Made by a program: the position numbers and the translations under genes. A stretch of DNA of 63,455 nucleotides, filler included, from Octopus bimaculoides (Eukaryota), in NCBI RefSeq assembly GCF_001194135.2. It is 4 parts of 4 records of this genome, joined end to end, with 100 filler letters (N's around TTAATTAATTAA, not from the genome) between each part and the next. Parts side by side here need not be neighbours in the genome. Positions count along the whole stretch, not along the records: positions 32,972 to 63,455 come from NC_068981.1; 3 more parts are not named here. One strand, written 5' to 3'. This document shows, piece after piece, positions 52,701-63,455 of the stretch; within the stretch, counting starts at the first letter, position 1, and each line of letters starts with the position of its first letter. The notes under the pieces were generated by a model that saw nothing but the letters and a program-made list of their open reading frames with translations, had not been told where the DNA came from and made no database searches.

Positions 52701-53199
52701 AAGTAAATAAATAAATTAATCAAATTAAATTAAATTAAAAACAAAGACCATCATCCTTGCCCTCGGAGGTTAGCCACGACGACTTTATGCGTTAATTGCT
52801 ATACAAGGGAAATAACCTTATATATAGATGTGTATAATTTCCCTTAGTTACGTATGCTATAATGAAAGCGCGAGACTTGGTGATTAGAGTTCAATTCCTA
52901 GACTGGACTGCATGTTACCTCCTTGACTAAGGTACTACTGTTCACGTTGTTCCATTCTACTCAGATGAAAATGGGTACTAGCAGGGTGCAGATGTGGGTC
53001 TCTTGCTCCCCACCTGTCACATCTTAGATCAGCCATGGGCAAACTTCAGTCTTCGGAATTTACTGAATGGCACACCTAATGAGAATTTACCTTGATTTTT
53101 TTTAGTAGCGCAGCCCACCTGTTAACGAGCTCTGTCTCGCGCAGCCTGCTTCTCGAAAAAGAGTCTCTCATGCCTATCCTAGATATTCTGTTGGGTCAA

Positions 53200-54200
53200 A
53201 GGTGAACTATGAGAGAGTATTAATGTCTGCTCACATCTACATAGGACCCTAAAACAATTATTGAAGCATAGTGCGTGTTACCATGCCAGACTCGCTCATA
53301 AGTGACGCACTTGATCATCCCATCTTTTAGTATATCAAAAACTATATAGTTCAATCGTTCATTATATAAGATTATGTGATTTGAGGGAGTTTTGGCTACC
53401 ATTTTAGTAAATCATGTGACAGTATAGAGANNNNNNNNNNNNNNNNNNNNNNNNNNNNNNNNNNNNNNNNNNNNNNNNNNNNNNNNNNNNNNNNNNNNNN
53501 NNNNNNNNNNNNNNNNNNNNNNNNNNNNNNAGATTGGAAAGCACAATGCTTGGCAAACAAAGCAATGACATAAAATTTCTTTCTTTCTGTGTTTATGTGA
53601 TAGTCAAACTGAAATAGATCAGTAGGTGAAAACGGTATGGGTGAAAAGAATGTGTTCAACTTCATGAACACATACACATATTCTGATAAAACCAGAGTTC
53701 ATGAAGTTCCCAGTATTTCATATCAAAGTAGGATTGATGAAACAGTTTGCTAAAGATTATGATAAAGTAGATGACTCTTTCAAATGTCAATATGGAAATT
53801 TTCCCTACTATAAGTCAAGAAACATTGAAAGCAGAATGTCTTTAATAGGTCTATGATAAAAACGTCAAAGCAAGATGAGCTATTTAAGACTATTTAAACC
53901 TGTTAAGAAAATGCCTGTGTAGTGAAAAAAGTAGTGAAAAAAAGCTTTTGAGCAACAACAAATCCTATAACTTTGAAATTCTGGTGATACTTTTACTTTT
54001 TCACCTTCCAGAAGCTGAAATGTGATGATTTTCAATATGCATTTCCTATACACACATTTAGACTACTTCCCTGCCAAATTAGGAGATATTAGTGAAAAGC
54101 AAAAAGATTGTTTGCGCCAATACATAGAAACTATAGAATAAAAGTTACCAGGGATGATGGAATATAAATATGATGACAGAATTATTGAGAACGCTGCTTT
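53200..54200 (+). pseudogene. Second Chapaev3-like transposase relic
   Basis: FPVFHIKVGLMKQFAK (about 53708) and MHFLYTHLDYFPAKLGDISEKQ (about 54037). Confidence 0.75.
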
Positions 54201-55294
54201 CTTAGGCAGTTCACTTGCTAAATCAACCTAAGTTTTATGCTTACTCTACTGCAGATGTTAAATTAACACGAGACGCACGGAAGTTGTCCACTGGGTAATG
54301 TATTTCCCCCATAATATAACGAATCTTTTAAATACTTTAATTTTTTTTTTTTCACTTTCATGGTTGGATAGTGCAACAGCTACATTTGTAAAATACATTA
54401 TGTCAGTTTATAAAACAAATTTTCAAAATATATCCAACTTTTATACACATAACACTGCTGTGGTAAAAATTTTCCCACAAAACACCTCAAACGTAAGTAA
54501 AAGTTTTCCTATAAAACTCCTAAAATACGAGCTATTACATCATGTAATTGTAACATCTGATATACATTTTATATGCCAATACATAACTAAAATTTGAAAA
54601 ATGCATTTATGCACAAAATTTTTACATGGTAAGCATATTCAACAAGTAGATTCGAAATCACAAAGAAACAAAGATTGTTTTCCCCCATAATACAGCGCAG
54701 AATAATTATTTAAAATAAAGGGGAACAACTTTTACAACTCAAAGCGTAAATTGAATATTTGTTAGATCCAAAGAAATATAATAGAGAAATAACTTTTAAT
54801 CATATATCAGAAAGATGGAAACTAATAAATTATTGAAATAGTCATTTATAGGAGATTTAAAGTGAAAGCAAGAAGAGAAACAAAAAAATGGTTGAATTAC
54901 GCGTATCATATTGATTTTCCGAGTTAAATATATTATCGTTCTCGTCAAGTAAAAAAATGTTTATGGAATATTTGTTTTGTCTGAAATATTTAACAATATT
55001 TCTGGTTATCAAAAGAAAAAAAGAAAAAAATCATCGAAAGTTTTCAATGTTTCAAGGAATAATTTACATTCAGTGTGGTGAAAGTAGACTCCAAAGAAGC
55101 AGAAGCAGGAAATAAAAAATAAAAACAAAAAGACGAATTTCAAAACTCTTTGCGATTTATTACCCCATCTTCCTCGCTCAACATTAACACAGATACGATA
55201 GCAATAATTAGATGAAATAAAATAAAGGCATAAACTATACATGTATGCTCCACACACACACACACACACACATACATAGCGCCACTGACTTTGT

Positions 55295-58200
55295 TTTCTT
55301 ATAACCGTCAGAAAAATGTTGTCTTTTTTAATGAAATTTTCTACAAATATCTTTCAGATTGTGTAGATAGCGATTATATCGGAATTTTAAGTGAAACAAA
55401 AAAAAAAGTGGGGAGGGGTAGCGGATATTTCATACACTTCGACTTCATTTCTTCATATATTTTTATGATGTCGATAAAAACTACGTGTGTTGGGGAAAAA
55501 TTACATTTTAGAATTAATTCGCCGTTTCCCTTCTGAAATTTGCTAAATGTATATTTTTTTTAATACAATGAAGTTTTCCAGAGATACAAGCATAATTTGG
55601 AAAAAAAAAAAAACCTTAACGGAGATGAATGTGTTGGTATGGCGATTTGATATGCTATAGACCTGGAAATTTTCCTATTGTCACAAAATGTTCATATAAA
55701 AAATTCTAAAAGAAATAGGGCGGCAAAGTTCTGACTTTTTCCTTTTTGTTTTTTAACTTCATTGTAATCTGCATCATCAAAACGTATGAGGAAACAAAGT
55801 CGTGATGCAAGAATTATCAGAAAATCCTCTCTACCCACCAACCTCTACTCCCCCACGAAAAGAATTTCCTCAACAAATTTCGATATAATCGTAACCTAAT
55901 ACACTCCGAAACATGTCTGTAGAAAATTTCGTTAAACAGTATCAATTTTTCTGTAAGTTATGAGAAGATAAAATCGGGAGCACACACATGTAGTTATGTC
56001 GAAATGAAAATACTAACCCAAGACGTAATTTCGGTCTTAGTTGATGCTTTTTTTTTACTAACGTCTTGGTGAATGCTTACAAATATTTTTAAGGAAATTG
56101 TCCAAGTCAATTAACCACCAATAACAAATTGAAACGCATCCATAATAAAAGGGCATTACAGAAGATTTATCAAACATTTCCAAGTAATATGAATTTAACG
56201 GCTAATGTGTTGGTGTAACAGCAAATAAAACTATCCAGGTGAATTATCTCCCCTGAAATAATATACTATTGTATTGGGTCATCCCATATTTAATGCGGTT
56301 TTTTCAATTGCATAAACTAAAAGTCGGAAAGGGACAGGATAAACTACCTCCATCAACTTGCTATAAAAGCAGGTCGTAATTTTACCTTAGTGCAAGTTTT
56401 CAAGTGTACAATTCGATTTTAACTGTTATTTTTTCAAAGCTGTAATGGGAGTGACAAAGAAGCATATTCGGCATATTTGCTTTATGAGTTCAATAAAGGC
56501 ACCAGAAAGCAACGGGAAGTGCAAGTAATATTAATGCAGTATATGGGGGTCGGACAATAAGCGTAAGCCAGTGTCAACGGTGGTTCCAGAAATTATGAGC
56601 CGGAAGCTACAGCCTAGAAGACGAGCCTCGTCCTGGAAGATCTGTAGAGCTCGACAAGGACGTCCTGCAAACCCTGGTGGAATAAAATCCCATCGTAACT
56701 GTTGAGAAACTAGCAGAGAAGCTTGAATTTGGAATTCAACTATTTATCGACACTTGCGCTAGAAGAAAAACGACCTTCTTTGGTTTTCAACCGAAAGGTG
56801 TTCTTCCATCAGGAAATGCTCGGCCATATACAGCAAGGATGACATTCCAAAGACTGCAGCAGTTTGAATGGGAAACGATGCCNNNNNNNNNNNNNNNNNN
56901 NNNNNNNNNNNNNNNNNNNNNNNNNNNNNNNNNNNNNNNNNNNNNNNNNNNNNNNNNNNNNNNNNNNNNNNNNNNNNNNNNNNNNNNNNNNNNNNNNNNN
57001 NNNNNNNNNNNNNNNNNNNNNNNNNNNNNNNNNNNNNNNNNNNNNNNNNNNNNNNNNNNNNNNNNNNNNNNNNNNNNNNNNNNNNNNNNNNNNNNNNNNN
57101 NNNNNNNNNNNNNNNNNNNNNNNNNNNNNNNNNNNNNNNNNNNNNNNNNNNNNNNNNNNNNNNNNNNNNNNNNNNNNNNNNNNNNNNNNNNNNNNNNNNN
57201 NNNNNNNNNNNNNNNNNNNNNNNNNNNNNNNNNNNNNNNNNNNNNNNNNNNNNNNNNNNNNNNNNNNNNNNNNNNNNNNNNNNNNNNNNNNNNNNNNNNN
57301 NNNNNNNNNNNNNNNNNNNNNNNNNNNNNNNNNNNNNNNNNNNNNNNNNNNNNNNNNNNNNNNNNNNNNNNNNNNNNNNNNNNNNNNNNNNNNNNNNNNN
57401 NNNNNNNNNNNNNNNNNNNNNNNNNNNNNNNNNNNNNNNNNNNNNTGGGTGGGTTTGATTGATGGAAAATGAGCGTGGGGACTGATGCTGAAAGCCACGT
57501 ATCCGCCTGGGACTCCAGGAACATCACCGACGATGCATTCTAGAGATCCACAAGATGTATCTTAAAACTCAGTGTTGTGTGGGGGGGGGGTCACCCCATT
57601 TTGGTTTATTTACATCTTTGTAACTTAGCGCTTCAGTATAAAAGGCCGAATGAAAAGGAACTCGGCTTAAAAAAAAAAAAAAAGTTGTGACATTAATTCT
57701 TTCGGCTAAAATCCTTCAAGGTAATACCCCAGTATGGCTGCTGTCCAAAGACTGAAAGAAGTGAATGATCAAAGGTGAAGTTACAAGCAGAAAGACCGCG
57801 CTCTGGCCAGTTTTCTGCGAGTTGCTTAACGCTATTTACTCATCGATTATCAATTCGTGTAATTCTTTTGACAAGTTACGACTAATTTTCCATTGTATCG
57901 TATAATAGTACTCAATCGCTCAATATATTTCGTGAAAGGGTGGAAATAGTCCTTTAAGTAAATTTTTTTTCTTTTCTTTTTCAAATTAACTGTATTTCGT
58001 GAAATATCTTCCCTCTCCATTTTTTCTTTTTCTTTTCACACTAAATTCTTATAAACTCATAATCTACGCCATCTCAATTTATTTGCAGAAATTTTCATTA
58101 AAAAAATATTCATTTTTCTAAAAGTTACGAGGAAAGGAATTCAAAGAATGTAAATTAACCGAAACACTTCTCCCCCACCTCTGAAAATGGTTTACACGTT

Positions 58201-58330
58201 AAATTCCGATATAATCATAATCTACACCATCTGAAAAGTATTTGTAGAAAATTTCATTGAAAAAGTATAAATTTTTCTGAAAGTTATGAGAAAATAAAAT
58301 CGATGTGATTGGGAGGACACACTTGTAAGT
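55295..58330. repeat. Dispersed ~100-bp motif in inverted and direct copies: 55298-55385(-), 55880-55985(+), 58055-58140(+), 58200-58310(+)
   Basis: Shared taatctacaccatctgaaaagtatttgtagaaaatttcatt...ttttctgaaagttatgag. Confidence 0.65.
56274..56882 (+). mobile_element. Mariner element 5' end, internally deleted, runs into gap
   Basis: TA-TTGGGTCATCCCA terminus; ATG 56445 MGVTKKHIRH, CQRWFQK, LEDEPRPGR; then jumps to KGVLPSGNARPYTAR (HDNARPH region) and QFEWETM. Confidence 0.85.
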
Positions 58331-58804
58331 TAACATGCAGTTTACTGTCGAAATAAAAGTGTAAATTATCCCCAAAAATGAAAGTAATGACACCAAATGT
58401 TCATAAAATATGTTTGTTATTCGAGAAGTGGGCTTCTTATGTGTGTCTCTGCAGTTTCTATACTCATGAAAGTGTTTACCATTCACTCAGTTTTGTTGAT
58501 CCAAACGATAACAGAATCCACACACAGACTACATAGAAGGGCGATGGATGTTCACCAAAGAGAAATTCGGGGAATGATATGGATCAGTGATCATTTATTT
58601 ACATCATATATTCATAAAAATGTGTGGTGAAACAAATTTAGAGATCGTGGAAAACTATTCACGAATCTCATTTCGCGCATCAATGACTGATATATTTTCC
58701 TGTAAATGTGACTGTTTTCCTCTTATATAAAGAAATATGTATACGGTTTTCATGTTATATTAAATATTGATTATATTGGTTATGCTACATACACTGTTTA
58801 CCAA

Positions 58805-58918
58805 AAGGGCAAAAGCAAAGTCGACCTCTGTGCAATTTGAAGTCAGAACGCAAAAGCGGACGAAATATCGCTAAATATTTTGACCAGTGTAATAACGATT
58901 CTGCCAGCTCGCCGCCTT
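58805..58918 (-). mobile_element. SINE family A head
   Basis: gcaaagtcgacctctg...aacgattctgccagctcgccgcc. Confidence 0.8.
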
Positions 58919-59584
58919 AAAAAGAGTTTCATATATTGATCGATGGTCAGTATGTCTTCGTTCAAAGTAACTTTTAAAATATGTTTTAAGATAACACATA
59001 TGTATCTGAAACACTTGCATGGTGTATGAACAGTGGTGGCTGGGACAGTTCAATTACAATCCTTTCCGCACATGCATGTGAGTGTTTCTATCACTACTAA
59101 AGTATAAAGATGTCTTAGTCAGGTTTCATGTCGATCAGGTGGATGAATCTCTTACGTAGGTGATTTCACTTGATAGTCTTTGTGTACGATGCAAGGGGCA
59201 TAACACTCAATATGTTTTCAGTTTCATGTCCCTTACTATTTAATATTAGTGTTGTCCCTTAATATTTAACATTTGTGTGAGTGACAGATATGCATGTGAC
59301 GATCTATCGAATCATTATAATGTATCACTCGCTGACGATGTGCATGTGCGCGCTTGTGTTTAGCAGAAAGTTATAGAAATTTACTATCAATATTGTACAT
59401 TATGCGAAACAGGCCAAGAAGTAAAGAGGACAGGAATTTGTAGAAAGTGTAGAAGTTGTTACGCGTTCGCATGACTATAGATTAGTTTGTGTATGGGTGG
59501 TATTTCCCATTGACTATTAAAGAAAATTCAATTACGAAAACATTTATTCTGATATTTAAATGATACACAGATTTCTTCAAGTTT

Positions 59585-59945
59585 ATCAAAATATGTGCTT
59601 TTTCAGTTGTACACATCTGACATTTCTTGGACCTTTTGGTGTGCGACCTGCTTCGTTCTAAAATATTCTATTTGATATAGCTAGGATTTTACTCCTTCAA
59701 TTTCCATTGTAGTTGGTTGATGTAGTTAAAAGTTTTCATATCAATGTATCTGGCTGATATGATATGTTTGAAATAACATTACTTTGAATTTCCCCTCAGT
59801 CATACTTATATAGTGTTTCCACTCGGTTAATTGGCGTAGTATAGTTGGGGTTACTTTAGTTTCATCTTCAATAAACTCAACGTTGCAAGCCTGATTTAGT
59901 GGATATAGGTTACCGTTCTTACGAGAACATCCTGGAAGAGTTTTA
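59585..59945 (-). pseudogene. Penelope-like GIY-YIG endonuclease relic (different lineage from 36500)
   Basis: Minus strand: PLNQAC, HYISMTEGKFKV, QWKLKE, KKCQMCTTEKAHIL match C..CPL..C...YIG.TE..FK.R...W.LK...C.LC..EK..I. Confidence 0.7.
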
Positions 59946-60544
59946 ACAGGCTTAGAAGTACAGCTAAGTTAGCTATAAGATAATTAACTAGTAAACGTTT
60001 ATCTACTAAAGTTAAGAGTTGATTAGTTAGATTTTTTTTAACGTTTAAGGAGAGAGGATGAATGACAGAGATTGTCTTGTGAAGCTTATTGTTATTTCAA
60101 AATTAATACAGTTATTTTTAGTCGTAAAATATTAAAAGTATTAATAAATTTTTTTCCTATCAAACTATACTCCTCAATAATAAATCCGAAATAATTTTGT
60201 TCTGCCCAGTTCTAATCAAACAAATGGGAAAATAATACCAGAGAGAAACATAGTTAGTTCCCTCACAAATGAAGGAACACCTCACAGTGCAGTGTGTAGC
60301 AGTTCTTTGCGAATTCCACCACATGTCCTGACAAATCTAATAGAAACACAGTTTGCCAGCAACCAATGAGGAGCCGCCTTGCAAGCCAAACGCAGTCAAC
60401 GCTTCTCTTCTGGTGAAAAACAGAATGACTACTTTGTTCCATCACAAGGTTGTAATGCTACGCAACTGCTGCATATTGTGCAGCTGAACGAGTCTTTAAA
60501 TCATCAGTGACTGGTCTGGCACCCCGTCGTTACGTCGCCAAATG

Positions 60545-60682
60545 ATTACACCGACTCCAGTGCTCAACTGGTGATTTATTTTGTCGATTCCAAAAGGATG
60601 AAAGGCAGAATTTTAATTCAGAACGTAAAGACGGACGAAATGCTGCTAAGCATTTTGCACTGTGTGTTAACAATTCTGCCAA
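60545..60682 (-). mobile_element. SINE family A
   Basis: tcaactggtgatttattttgtcgattccaaaaggatgaaaggc...ggacgaaatgctgctaagcatttt. Confidence 0.75.
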
Positions 60683-60696
60683 CATACATATATTGA

Positions 60697-60897
60697 AGAG
60701 GTAGGTGCTTCATCTGGCACGTCACAGTCTGTGACTTCTGTGCATCTTTCTGCATTCTCGATGCTGCGGTAAATAGGAAGGCCATTGCTTCTCTAGCCGA
60801 ATGGAATGAAATCCTTAAGTATTGTGACTTGTCGGTGAACCATTTCTTCCAGCCTGTGGCGTTTCAGACGTTTGGAGGGGTTGAGCCGCGGATCTAG
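60697..60897 (+). pseudogene. CRE-like non-LTR retrotransposon RLE endonuclease fragment
   Basis: RGRCFIWHVTVCDFCASF...AEWNEILKYCDLSVNHFFQPVAFQTFGG matches RGR.L.WD.T..DT.A.S...AE..K..KY..L...F.PVA.ET.G. Confidence 0.7.
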
Positions 60898-61788
60898 TTT
60901 TTTTTCATTCACAAAATATGCATTTTTTTTAAAGGAAGTAAAAAATCTGAAAATTGGTTATAATAATATTGTTTTCCAATCTAATTGCTATGAAGGTATG
61001 ATGTTGTGGAGAAAAAATTGGAGGAAAAAGTTACAGATGCTTAAAAATCGAAAAAAAAAAAACTGTGTATTTTTAACCAATAGCGAGACAGAAATTTTCT
61101 GTGTTTAGTGGAGCAATGTCAACTTTAAGGTTGTACCCTGTGAAATTTATAATTTAGCCTCTGTGAAATGACCCCTTCATTGTAGGTTTCTAAATAAACA
61201 GAAATACCTAATAAAATCAACATATATCATCTTACTGTTTCTTGTCTCTTCATTGATTGTAGATTTTTATTATTTTTTTAAAAAATTGTTATATAAATAT
61301 ATTTGCTTGCGTTTACTTTATGCATATTTCAGTATAGTGTATACATGTCATGTATTTGTGTACAACATTAATATAAAAGTGCATGTGTGTCTGTTTCCAA
61401 AACTTCAAAGTTGAGTAACGTTTTCATGCTTGGATTTGTAAACTACGATAAGAATAACACTGGTCAACAAAGAATTTGTCCCATGGAAAACAATACCTGT
61501 ATCTTATATATTTTTGCATGCAGAATTCAAAAATAATGTCAGATTATCTGTACTAAGTTCACATATTCCATTCACCTTCACAATGCCAAGAAACTGTATA
61601 AACATCGCAAACAACTTTTGCTAGATATGAAAAATATGTAAAATATGAAGACAATTGACGAAAATTATCTATAATAAAATTCTAATTGATAAATATAAAT
61701 TTTTATGAAAGCAAAACACGCAGGTGAAGTAATTCTTGTGGTGTGAAGAATCAACACAACAATCGGGTAAAACACAACACAATGTACG

Positions 61789-61802
61789 GTTGTCATGGTA
61801 AC
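61789..61802. promoter_or_regulatory. RFX X-box
   Basis: GTTGTCATGGTAAC is a near-canonical 14-bp palindromic X-box; an inverted CCAAT (ATTGG) lies at 61830-61834. Confidence 0.55.
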
Positions 61803-61979
61803 AAGCTGTTAATGCCTCGCTATCTGTTGATTGGCTAAAATTACCCAAATTTCCAAACTTTAATTCCAAATAACATCAGATTATTTAATTTACGAGGTAA
61901 AGTAATTGGTTGATCGTAATCAAAATTCAGAGTTGCATCGATACACCAAAATTGAAAGCAATCTGAGCAAAATTAAAGT

Positions 61980-62300
61980 GGGGCTCATTTTGCAAATGAA
62001 AAAGACTAGATCCTGGGCGGAAAGTTCTTGTCAGCGTTAGCCGCTCGCATTACCGGACTGTCAATTTGATGCCCGTGAGGGTGCTTGGCTATTCCAATGC
62101 CTTAGCCTCGCCGTGACCCGCAGTAATGCCGCGAGCGTGTTGGATTGCTTCAGTAGGTTCCGTTGAACCTTGTGGTGTACGACTAATTGACGCACTTTGT
62201 ATTGAACTGATGTTTTTTCCTTTTTCTTCTTCTTCGCCCATGGTGTTTTCTTCGGTTTGGGATTTGTATTTTAATGTGGATAATTTATGCAATTAAGTAC
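61980..62300. promoter_or_regulatory. CpG-rich unique region, probable promoter or 5' exon
   Basis: Locally GC/CpG-rich non-repetitive sequence (gggcggaaag, gccgcgagcg) upstream of the 62847 exon. Confidence 0.45.
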
Positions 62301-62391
62301 GTAATTTCACGCATAAGAATTTTTTTTAAATTGGTCTTTATCTATGTGTGTGTGTGTGTGCGTGCGTTTGCGTGTGTGTGTGAGCGCGTGC

Positions 62392-62434
<43 letters not shown>

Positions 62435-62820
62435 CGTGTGAGTGTGCTGTGTACGCATACACGCACACATTTTCTGGGAACCACTTTTTATGGTCTCGAA
62501 TGATGTTGTCAATCGTTTATCAGTGGGTCCCCACACATGCTCTGCTTAATGCTATCAACCTGTCACTGCTGTCTAAATGTCTTGTCTTAAAGTGGTCTCA
62601 ATAAACAGCTTCTGTACATACGCGCGCGCGAGTGTGTGTGTGTGTGTGTGTGTGCGCCCGAGCATGTGTATGATCGTGCGTGTGTGTAATCGTGTGTGTC
62701 TATTTGCGACAGCGTGCGCGCCTCTATGTATGTGTAAAGAATGCGGAAATGTGCAGGCATGAATTTTGAAATGTATGTGAAACTTTGACACACAAACTTT
62801 TACATCACTGTTAAGATACC

Positions 62821-62855
62821 CCGGAAGCCAAATCTAGAAACTCGAAATGGCGCCT
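62821..62855 (+). promoter_or_regulatory. ETS (CCGGAAG) and YY1-like (AAATGGCGCC) motifs at the start codon
   Basis: ccggaagc at 62821; aaatggcgcc overlapping the ATG, typical of housekeeping-type promoters. Confidence 0.45.
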
Positions 62856-62937
62856 CGAAACTTGGTGTTTTCTATTGCTCTGTTGCTGGTCGCCAACTTT
62901 GCTGTAATTTCGGCGAGAAATGCCTTGGTTATTGTTG
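62847..62937 (+). CDS. First coding exon of a secreted or membrane protein (signal peptide MAPRNLVFSIALLLVANFAVISA-RNALVIV)
   Basis: Strong Kozak (gaaATGG), basic N-region, hydrophobic core, Ala at -1, GTATGT donor at 62938 (phase 1). The rest of the gene lies outside the window. Confidence 0.75.
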
Positions 62938-63455
62938 GTATGTTAACGGATATAATATTTACATTGTTATTTCTTATCGAATTTCTTCCTTCTGTCTGTC
63001 ACTCCCTCTCTGTATTTTCATAATGATGCGTGCGTGTGTATACATAATATTGGTTGTTTATTTTTTCACAATTCACACGCCCACACACAATAAACGCATA
63101 CACACATATTGTATCTCTTCTCTCCTTCCCTTCTTTCGCTCATGCATGTCTTTAATACATACCCACATATGTGTGTGTGTATAAAACAAAAGAAAGATAA
63201 ACAAAAGTAGACGCAAAGAGGGTATTTACTAAGCGAGTTGCGAATACGACGTTTACTTTAGCTTTCTCCCACACCTACATACATACTTATTCGGGTGAAG
63301 GTAAAGAATACGCACACCCGGTGTTTAGGATTAGGGTTTTTGTTACGCTGAAAACTGGTGGCAGGTATATTCTTTACCGCCACCCCTTGTGAGCGAGAAA
63401 CCCATGGTAACCCTATAAACCGGCCTACCCCACTAGAATATATATATATATATAT

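Overview
Repeat-dense, AT-rich animal genomic DNA from a gapped draft assembly, most likely an octopus (inferred from the very high microsatellite load and the recurring tRNA-derived SINE families). There is no operon, CRISPR array or rRNA. Almost all long ORFs in the track are artefacts of microsatellites or N-runs. Recognisable content is mainly decayed mobile elements. DNA elements: a full-length hAT (TIRs plus 8-bp TSD), three or four mariner/Tc1 relics, two Chapaev3-like relics, a Helitron helicase relic and several MITEs. Retroelements: two Penelope-like (GIY-YIG) elements, R4/Dong-, CRE-, RTE- and Tx1-like LINE fragments, and many SINE copies from at least three families. The only convincing host coding sequence is a signal-peptide first exon at 62847-62937, next to a CpG-rich, probably bidirectional promoter region with an RFX X-box. 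The most unusual observation is a set of hammerhead-ribozyme motifs. One lies in a short TSD-flanked element made of a tRNA-like head, (AAT)n and a Penelope-type tail, suggesting a Penelope-mobilised, ribozyme-bearing SINE/retrozyme. Another is a type-III-like core inside a ~135-bp inverted-repeat element. Synthetic 100-bp scaffold linkers and an Illumina adapter remnant mean adjacency across some gaps cannot be trusted. All family calls are from motif recognition by eye, not database searches, and many boundaries are approximate.
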